IMG/VR virus record: IMGVR_UViG_3300045988_009698
Coordinates: 1-5,134 of that record
Source of the DNA: a virus
Length of the DNA stretch: 5,134 nt
Reading direction: 5' to 3' (one strand)
Below are positions 1 through 5,037 of the stretch, in pieces. The notes under the pieces are model-generated. The model was not told where the DNA came from. It did not search any database and saw nothing but the letters and a program-made list of their open reading frames with translations. Each line of letters opens with the position of its first letter. Within the stretch, counting starts at the first letter, position 1. Both the position numbers and the translations under genes were made by a program.

Positions 1-75
1 ATATCTATGAGAGGTAAATATATATCATGCCTCTTATATGGCGCAAGTTATATACAAGCTGAAAGGAGTTACAAA

Positions 76-294
76 ATGGATTCTTCTGTTTCTTTTCTGC
101 GCATGAATGAAATGGTTCCTTGTTCTCGTGAGTGTTTTCAAATTTTTGGTGGTTTAAAAAATTACCTTAAACATCTTGCATCTATTATTGATGAAGAGTT
201 TGTGATAATGCTTTACAATGGCTATTTCTATTGCGTTCCCTCGAAATATTCCTATCGTGTTTTTATTCAAGGTGGTGTTTTTGTGAATGAGTAG
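76..294 (+). CDS. Hypothetical 72-aa protein, the first cistron of the operon. It has no assignable microvirus function. Sequence: MDSSVSFLRMNEMVPCSRECFQIFGGLKNYLKHLASIIDEEFVIMLYNGYFYCVPSKYSYRVFIQGGVFVNE.
   Basis: The ORF is in the same frame as the 7..294 track ORF but is started at ATG 76, because a canonical SD (AAGGAG, 63-68) lies 7 nt upstream. The ATG at 7 lies inside or upstream of the predicted -10/TSS. The stop TAG at 292-294 overlaps the VP1 start (ATGAGTAG). Confidence 0.6.
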   Translation: MDSSVSFLRMNEMVPCSRECFQIFGGLKNYLKHLASIIDEEFVIMLYNGYFYCVPSKYSYRVFIQGGVFVNE

Positions 295-1891
295 ACATAG
301 TGTACAACACTTATTCAGTCAAGTTCCGACTGCTCAAATTCCACGTTCTAAATTTAATCGTTCTCATGGTTTAAAAACTACATTTGATAGTGGCTATTTG
401 GTTCCTATCTTTGTGGATGAAGTTCTTCCCGGTGATACATTTACAATGGATTGCACGTTGTTTAGCCGTGTTGCTACTTTAATTAGTCCTATTATGGACA
501 ATATGTATTTGGACACTTTTTGGTTTTATGTTCCGGAGAGATTGCTTTTTGAGCATTTTCAAGCTATGTGTGGCGAGCAGGATAACCCTAGTGATTCCAC
601 TGATTATCTGTTCCCGACTGTAACAGCTCCTGCAACTAAAGGCTTTGAAGTTGGTAGTTTAGCTGATTATTTTGGACTTCCTACCGGTGTACCAAATTTG
701 GAAGTTAGAGCAGAGCCGTTTCGAGCTTACAACCTTATTTATAATGAGTGGTTTCGTGATGAAAATCTTCAAGATTCAGTTCCCTTTACAAAAGCTGATT
801 CCGATGTCATCACTAACTATAATTTATTAAGACGTGGTAAGCGTCATGATTATTTTACTTCCGCTTTGCCTTGGCCGCAAAAAGGCCCTGGTGTTGAATT
901 ACCTATTGGTACTTCTGGTGCTCTATCGCTTACTAATGGTACTTTGATTGGCCCCGGCTATGATGTCGGTGCAGGCTCTTCAAATCAATATCAAGGTCAT
1001 ATGCTTGGCTATGGTACTTCTTTTAATCAAGAGTTGTATCAGACTAGCGTTTATGTTCATGGTAAACAAGCTTCTTCGCCGGTTTCAATTCCTAATGTTT
1101 CTTTAACCGGTAATGCTGACCTTACTAGCTTTTCAGCTGTTACCATTAACCAATTTCGTGAAGCCTTTCAAATTCAGCGTTGGTACGAACGAGCCGCTCG
1201 TGGTGGTACTCGCTACACGGAAATTATCCGTAGCTTCTTTGGTGTAGTTTCTCCGGATGCTCGACTTCAGCGCCCGGAATATCTCGGCGGTTCTAGCAAT
1301 CGTATTGATGTCAATGTTATTCCGCAGACTTCCGGTACTACCGATGTTTCTCCTCAAGCTAATCTTTCCGCTTTTGCTGTTGGAACTAATGGTAGAGGTA
1401 ATGGCTTCAGCAAGAGTTTTACCGAGCATGGTTGGATTATTGGTCTGATTAACGTTAGAGCTGATTTGACTTATCAACAAGGTGTTAATAGGATGTGGAC
1501 ACGTAGTACGAAATTTGATATGTATTGGCCTACGTTCGCCTTTTTGGGCGAACAGGCAGTGCTCAATAAAGAGATTTACGCACAAGGTAATGATGCCGAC
1601 GATCAAGTATTTGGCTATCAAGAAAGATATGCTGAGTATAGATATGCTCCTAGTCAAGTTACAGGTAAATTCCGTAGCACCTATGCACAGAGCCTTGATT
1701 CTTGGCACCTTGCACAGAAGTTTGAAAATTTGCCTAAGTTAAATGCTGAATTTATTGTAGATAATCCACCTATTGACAGAGTTATTGCTGTTCCGTCAGA
1801 GCCTCAATTCCTCTTAGATGCGTGGTTTAACTTATCTTGTGTCCGTCCGATGCCGGTCTATGGTGTGCCTGGCTTAATGGATCACTTTTGA
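287..1891 (+). CDS. VP1: Major capsid protein VP1 of the Gokushovirinae type (phiX174 F-like jelly-roll), 534 aa.
   Basis: The ORF is long and the N-terminal block (..FSQVPTAQIPRSKFNRSHGLKTTFDSGYLVPIFVDEVLPGDTF..) matches what I recall of gokushovirus VP1 proteins, including those of the Chlamydia phages. So do PIMDNMYLDTFWFYVPERL, CGEQDNPSDSTD and the block INQFREAFQIQRWYERAARGGTRYTEIIRSFFGV. A Gly/Ser/Thr-rich variable insertion lies between them. The SD AAGGTGGTG is at 269-277. Confidence 0.92.
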   Translation: MSRHSVQHLFSQVPTAQIPRSKFNRSHGLKTTFDSGYLVPIFVDEVLPGDTFTMDCTLFSRVATLISPIMDNMYLDTFWFYVPERLLFEHFQAMCGEQDNPSDSTDYLFPTVTAPATKGFEVGSLADYFGLPTGVPNLEVRAEPFRAYNLIYNEWFRDENLQDSVPFTKADSDVITNYNLLRRGKRHDYFTSALPWPQKGPGVELPIGTSGALSLTNGTLIGPGYDVGAGSSNQYQGHMLGYGTSFNQELYQTSVYVHGKQASSPVSIPNVSLTGNADLTSFSAVTINQFREAFQIQRWYERAARGGTRYTEIIRSFFGVVSPDARLQRPEYLGGSSNRIDVNVIPQTSGTTDVSPQANLSAFAVGTNGRGNGFSKSFTEHGWIIGLINVRADLTYQQGVNRMWTRSTKFDMYWPTFAFLGEQAVLNKEIYAQGNDADDQVFGYQERYAEYRYAPSQVTGKFRSTYAQSLDSWHLAQKFENLPKLNAEFIVDNPPIDRVIAVPSEPQFLLDAWFNLSCVRPMPVYGVPGLMDHF

Positions 1892-1905
1892 GAAAGGATG
1901 TTAGT

Positions 1906-1986
1906 ATGAATGAAATGCAAATATCTACAATGGCGATTGTCGCTTTATGTATTGTTGTTGTCCTGCGTAGCTTTGGTTTGATTTAA
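1906..1986 (+). CDS. 26-aa hydrophobic micro-ORF (MNEMQISTMAIVALCIVVVLRSFGLI), predicted to be a single transmembrane helix. It is a candidate small membrane or lysis peptide.
   Basis: An SD AAAGGA (1893-1898) lies 7 nt before ATG 1906. The stop TAA at 1984-1986 overlaps the VP2 ATG at 1986 (TAATG). The ORF exactly fills the 94-nt VP1-VP2 gap. Confidence 0.4.
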   Translation: MNEMQISTMAIVALCIVVVLRSFGLI

Positions 1987-2900
1987 TGGGTATGTTTAGC
2001 CTTGGCGGTATTGGTTCCTTTATTACTGATGCCGCTAGTTCCGCGTTTAATGCTCATCTTGGCCGCCAGAACGCCCGTAATAATGCCGCTTTATCTCTTG
2101 CAAATTGGAAATATATGCAGAGCAATGCTCATCAATTAGAAGTGGAGGATTTAAAAAACGCAGGCTTGAATCCTATATTAAGCGCTACTAATAGTCAGAT
2201 TGCCGGTATGGGTTCTGTTTCCGGTCAAAATGGTTCTTCTGATGGTTTAGGTTCTTCAATCCTTGCCGCCGCTTCTGCTAAGGAATTGAAGCGCATGGAT
2301 TTAGAGAATGAATTATTAAAAACTAAAGTTGATGCCGCTAAGAATGGTATTACTGTTAAGAATGATGGGAGCATTGAACGTACCGCCGCTGATGAGCGCT
2401 TTGGTGCTGGTACTGATAATCTTAAGGCTGATACTCGGTTAAAAAATGTTTCGTCTGATTATACGTCCGCTAAACAGTCTAATGAGGCTAAGTTGACACA
2501 AGCCGAATTTGAACGTATTCAGAACGATATACGCATTGCTAATGAGAAGTTACCTTATGAAATTAATAAGATTGTTGCTGATACTGAAAATGCACGTGCA
2601 ACTGCATCTTATATGCTTTCCATGGTTAAACTTAATGCCGCTAAAATTAAAATGACTGATAAGCAACGTGAACAAATTGAAGCTGATTTAAAAGACCCTA
2701 AAAAACTTATGGATAAACAGTTTTGGGAAAATGTTTTTCATTCCAATGAGGAAAAATTCAGATTGCTTCGTGCTTCTTATGAGCGTGGTCTTTCTAATGA
2801 TGTGTATTTTAATTTTTACGCTAATAGTCAAGGCTCCGGCCTTCAAGATGCTAATGACTTGGCCACTATTGGCGCTCGTATTAAATATTTTCTTAAGTGA
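1986..2900 (+). CDS. VP2: VP2 minor capsid / DNA pilot protein, 304 aa.
   Basis: Its position immediately after VP1 fits the gene order. The Gly/Ser-rich N-terminus and the NAGLNPILSA motif are features I recall from gokushovirus VP2 proteins. The long central K/E/A-rich predicted coiled-coil region resembles phiX174 H-type pilot proteins. The start is coupled to the upstream micro-ORF (TAATG). Confidence 0.8.
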   Translation: MGMFSLGGIGSFITDAASSAFNAHLGRQNARNNAALSLANWKYMQSNAHQLEVEDLKNAGLNPILSATNSQIAGMGSVSGQNGSSDGLGSSILAAASAKELKRMDLENELLKTKVDAAKNGITVKNDGSIERTAADERFGAGTDNLKADTRLKNVSSDYTSAKQSNEAKLTQAEFERIQNDIRIANEKLPYEINKIVADTENARATASYMLSMVKLNAAKIKMTDKQREQIEADLKDPKKLMDKQFWENVFHSNEEKFRLLRASYERGLSNDVYFNFYANSQGSGLQDANDLATIGARIKYFLK

Positions 2901-2909
2901 GGTGATATT

Positions 2910-2987
2910 ATGAATAAATGGTTCGCAGGTCTGTTTACTGCTATTGGTGCCTTTGTCGCGTATATTTTGGAGGTGACATTTAAATGA
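2910..2987 (+). CDS. 25-aa hydrophobic micro-ORF (MNKWFAGLFTAIGAFVAYILEVTFK), predicted to be a single transmembrane helix.
   Basis: A strong SD GAGGTGA (2899-2905) lies 4 nt before ATG 2910. The stop TGA at 2985-2987 overlaps the ATG at 2984 of the basic-protein gene (ATGA). The ORF fills the 83-nt VP2-ORF8 gap. Confidence 0.35.
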   Translation: MNKWFAGLFTAIGAFVAYILEVTFK

Positions 2988-3100
2988 AAAGACGTAAGAT
3001 GACTCGTAAAGGTTCTAAGCGTTTGTTTACTGCAACGGCTGATAAAACTAAGTCTATCAATACTGCTCCGCCGCCGATGCGTGGCGGTATCCGGTTATAA
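2984..3100 (+). CDS. VP8: Small, highly basic DNA-binding or packaging protein of 38 aa (MKRRKMTRKGSKRLFTATADKTKSINTAPPPMRGGIRL). It is functionally analogous to phiX174 J and to gokushovirus ORF8/VP8.
   Basis: The ORF is below the length cutoff of the track and was found by reading. It has 11 K/R residues in 38 aa and an N-terminal MKRRKM..RKGSKR stretch typical of microvirus DNA-condensing proteins. An SD GGAGGTGA (2969-2976) lies 7 nt before ATG 2984. The stop TAA at 3098-3100 overlaps the VP4 ATG at 3100 (TAATG). Confidence 0.7.
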   Translation: MKRRKMTRKGSKRLFTATADKTKSINTAPPPMRGGIRL

Positions 3101-4041
3101 TGGTTTGTTACCATCCAATAACAGCGTATCAGTTGCGCCAATGTAAATCTAACGGCAAGAAAGCTATAGTGTTTGGCGCACCGCCTACGCAACCTTTTGA
3201 TGTTGTTAATCTCCCTTGTGGTCAATGTATTGGCTGTCGCTTGGAACGTTCCCGTCAATGGGCAATAAGATGCATGCATGAAGCTAGTTTGCATTCGTGC
3301 AATAGTTTTTTAACGTTAACCTATGACGATGAGCATATTCGTTGGTCTAGTGTTACCGGTGAACAAACTCTTTTCAAGAGAGATTTGCAACTTTTCATAA
3401 AAAGACTTAGAAAATATTTAGAACCTATTAAAGTGAGGTTTTTCGCCTGTGGAGAGTATGGAGATAATACTTTTCGTCCTCATTATCATGTTATATTGTT
3501 TGGTTATGATTTTAGGTCAGACCGACGATTGTATAAAATGTCTAATGCAGGTTTCCCCTATTATATTAGCGATACTCTTAATCGCTTATGGAACCTTGGT
3601 TATTGTCTTGTGGCTGACGTTACATTTGACTCCTGCGCCTATGTTGCTCGCTATGTGACGAAGAAGCTTAACGGCGAAGCCGCGAAATTAAAGTATGAAG
3701 GCATTCAACCGGAGTTCGTTAATATGTCACGTCGTCCCGGTATTGGTGCTGATTGGTTCGCCAAATATAGCGGTGATGTTTATCCTTATGACCGGGTAAT
3801 AATGGTTGATAATGATAAAATTAGGAAATTAAGACCACCGAAATATTACGATAAATTGTATGACGCAATTAATCATGATGAGATGGAAATAATCAAGGAA
3901 AAACGTATTGAAAAAGCAAAACTCCATGAGCAGGAAATATATACGCCTGGTCGATTGGATGCGAAAGAAAAAGTAAAATTAGCTCAAATTAAGAGCTTAG
4001 AAAGAGGTAAAACGGATGAAACTTTACAGTGTTTACGATAA
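3100..4041 (+). CDS. VP4: VP4 rolling-circle replication initiation protein, an HUH endonuclease analogous to phiX174 protein A, 313 aa.
   Basis: RCR motif 1 is FLTLTY (nt 3307-3324). Motif 2 is HYHVILFG (nt 3481-3504). Motif 3, with two catalytic tyrosines, is AYVARYVTKK (Y at 3640-3642 and 3652-3654; compare phiX174 A, YVAKYVNK). An N-terminal Cys cluster C-x2-C-x2-C...C-x-H is also present. Confidence 0.92.
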   Translation: MVCYHPITAYQLRQCKSNGKKAIVFGAPPTQPFDVVNLPCGQCIGCRLERSRQWAIRCMHEASLHSCNSFLTLTYDDEHIRWSSVTGEQTLFKRDLQLFIKRLRKYLEPIKVRFFACGEYGDNTFRPHYHVILFGYDFRSDRRLYKMSNAGFPYYISDTLNRLWNLGYCLVADVTFDSCAYVARYVTKKLNGEAAKLKYEGIQPEFVNMSRRPGIGADWFAKYSGDVYPYDRVIMVDNDKIRKLRPPKYYDKLYDAINHDEMEIIKEKRIEKAKLHEQEIYTPGRLDAKEKVKLAQIKSLERGKTDETLQCLR

Positions 4042-4267
4042 AAAATCTATGATTTATGGTCAAATTATGACTTGTCAAGACGAAATCCAAGCCAAGAGAT
4101 TGTTTGAACGTGCTGTACATGATGACGAAACTATGTTGTTCCATTATCCGGAAGACTTTGTCCTTGTTGAAATCTGTTGTTTTGATGAGCATACCGGCAA
4201 TATTGCAACTATCCCCATGCCTAAACAAATTCTTGAAGCACAAGCCTGCTTTACAATCGACAAATAA
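4016..4267 (+). CDS. VP5: VP5 (ORF5-like) small protein of 83 aa. Its start lies inside the 3' end of VP4, in another frame.
   Basis: An SD GAGGT (4004-4008) lies 7 nt before ATG 4016. The 26-nt overlap with the VP4 end and the size and position match the ORF5 that follows ORF4 in gokushoviruses. The function is assigned by synteny only. Confidence 0.65.
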   Translation: MKLYSVYDKKSMIYGQIMTCQDEIQAKRLFERAVHDDETMLFHYPEDFVLVEICCFDEHTGNIATIPMPKQILEAQACFTIDK

Positions 4268-4334
4268 GTTCTAAACTCGTTTAGATCTTATTTGACGATT
4301 TGCCGCCGGCAGGCACTGAAAGGAGTTATACTGT

Positions 4335-4808
4335 ATGAGATTTAAGACAATTTTTGATACTTATGAAGAAAAGCAAGGTATCATTTTTAAAGAACCAACT
4401 ATGACTATTCAGTCCGAAAAAGATAATTGTGATATTAACGTTATTATGAATCGCTATGCTACCTGTGGCACTCCGCTTCCGGTGCGTACTGATGGTTTGC
4501 AACCTGTTTTTGCTGATGTATCTAAACTTGGTGACTACATGGAAAATTATAATCGTTGTAAGCATGCTGAGGAAGTGTTTAATAGTTTGCCCAGCGCACT
4601 TAGAAAAGAACTTGACAACAACCCGGCTAATCTGTTACCCTTTATTCAGAATGAAGCTAACAGAGAAAGGTGTGTTGAGTATGGACTCATTAATAAATCA
4701 ATTATGGAAGCTTCTAAAGCTCCTGTTGTTGTTAATCCTAATTCCGCTAATCCTGTTTCTAGCGGCTCGCCCGGTGCTGTCGTACATACAAATAGTGATG
4801 TTGAATAG
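4335..4808 (+). CDS. VP3: VP3 internal scaffolding protein, 157 aa.
   Basis: As I recall the Chlamydia-phage VP3 sequence, it carries blocks like KDNCDINVIMNRY and AEEVFNSLPSALRKELDNNPANLLPFIQNEANRERCVEYGLI, both present here. The SD AGGAG (4321-4325) lies 9 nt before the ATG. Confidence 0.85.
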   Translation: MRFKTIFDTYEEKQGIIFKEPTMTIQSEKDNCDINVIMNRYATCGTPLPVRTDGLQPVFADVSKLGDYMENYNRCKHAEEVFNSLPSALRKELDNNPANLLPFIQNEANRERCVEYGLINKSIMEASKAPVVVNPNSANPVSSGSPGAVVHTNSDVE

Positions 4809-4818
4809 CTGATTTCTT

Positions 4819-4845
4819 GACCGCCCTTGTGGCGGTCTTTTTTTT
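4819..4845 (+). terminator. Rho-independent terminator. The stem is GACCGCC (4819-4825) and GGCGGTC (4831-4837), the loop is CTTGT, and a T8 tract follows (4838-4845).
   Basis: A perfect 7-bp GC-rich stem with a 5-nt loop is followed directly by 8 T residues, 11 nt after the VP3 stop codon. Confidence 0.8.
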
Positions 4846-4867
4846 ATTGCGAACATTCGCTGAGGGT

Positions 4868-4904
4868 GTGGGAACAGTTGCCCTCTTGATGTAACTGTTC
4901 CCAC
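4868..4904. repeat. Perfect 12-bp inverted repeat GTGGGAACAGTT (4868-4879) / AACTGTTCCCAC (4893-4904) with a 13-nt loop. It is a candidate ssDNA hairpin, which could serve as a complementary-strand origin or packaging signal.
   Basis: The two arms are exact reverse complements. The repeat lies in the non-coding region downstream of the terminator. Confidence 0.7.
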
Positions 4905-4930
4905 TGACACCATTCGTCATTCTGACGATT

Positions 4931-4961
4931 GGTTCACGAACCTTTCCCCCGTCAAAGGTTC
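4931..4961. repeat. Nested inverted and direct repeats. GGTTC (4931-4935) is followed by AC and then GAACC (4938-4942). A larger 8-bp stem GAACCTTT (4938-4945) / AAAGGTTC (4954-4961) has the loop CCCCCGTC.
   Basis: Read directly from the sequence. Alternative pairings of the GGTTC, GAACC and GGTTC elements are possible. Confidence 0.55.
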
Positions 4962-5004
4962 TATAAAAATACGGCGTTCCTGCATAAATATTTTTTTCGG
5001 TCTT

Positions 5005-5022
5005 ATAGTTGATATTATGTTA
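5005..5022 (+). other. Origin-like sequence TAGTTGATATTATGTTAA. The core TTGATATTA is identical to the core of the phiX174 (+) origin nick site (CAACTTG^ATATTAATAAC).
   Basis: This is a 9/9-nt match to the phiX174 ori core, as I recall it. It lies in the only large intergenic region and overlaps the -35 hexamer. It is a candidate VP4 nicking site, with the putative G^A nick between 5011 and 5012. Confidence 0.35.
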
Positions 5023-5037
5023 AATTTCTGTTAGAAT
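5009..5037 (+). promoter_or_regulatory. Sigma70-type promoter: -35 TTGATA (5009-5014), 17-nt spacer, -10 TAGAAT (5032-5037, wrapping onto circular positions 1-2). An A/T-rich UP-like tract lies upstream (about 4985-5008). The predicted TSS is near circular position 9-10.
   Basis: Each hexamer matches consensus at 5/6 positions and the spacer is the optimal 17 nt. The promoter sits in the only sizeable non-coding region, immediately upstream of the first cistron. Confidence 0.55.

Noticed and set aside
7-75. ATG at 7 as the start of the first ORF (95-aa version)
   Set aside because: This ATG lies within or immediately after the predicted -10 hexamer and TSS and has no SD. The in-frame ATG at 76 has a perfect AAGGAG with 7-nt spacing.
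1133-1708. 191-aa ORF on the minus strand
   Set aside because: It is entirely antisense to the well-supported VP1 gene and has no SD. Microviruses encode all their genes on the packaged + strand. It is rich in Ile, Asn and Ser, as expected for the reverse complement of T-rich coding sequence.
1257-1742. Off-frame + strand ORFs inside VP1 (1257..1448 and 1482..1742)
   Set aside because: They lie in alternative frames of a highly conserved capsid gene and have no SD. Their hydrophobic composition is explained by the T-rich codon bias.
2731-2913. 60-aa hydrophobic off-frame ORF at the VP2 3' end
   Set aside because: No SD is present and the ORF is a frame artefact of T-rich sequence. The separately supported 25-aa ORF starts at 2910 in a different frame.
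2980-3294. 104-aa minus-strand ORF
   Set aside because: It is antisense to the basic-protein gene and the VP4 start. It has no expression signals and sits on the wrong strand for this phage family.
3989-4243. 84-aa minus-strand ORF
   Set aside because: It is antisense to VP4 and VP5, and no signals support it.
4292-4320. Possible internal promoter TTGACG-17-ACTGAA before VP3
   Set aside because: The -35 is good, but the -10 matches consensus at only 2/6 positions. The nearby palindromes (CTAAAC-tc-GTTTAG at 4271-4284 and TGCCG-c-CGGCA at 4301-4311) are too short and too tightly spaced to be called hairpins or operators with any confidence.
4326-4565. 79-aa minus-strand ORF
   Set aside because: It is antisense to VP3, and no signals support it.
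4456-4812. 118-aa off-frame ORF inside VP3
   Set aside because: It has no SD and is embedded in the conserved scaffolding gene. It is Leu- and Ile-rich because of T bias.
4698-4913. 71-aa Arg-rich minus-strand ORF spanning the VP3 end, the terminator and the hairpin
   Set aside because: It runs through the terminator stem and the 12-bp inverted repeat on the non-coding strand. It is most likely a chance ORF.
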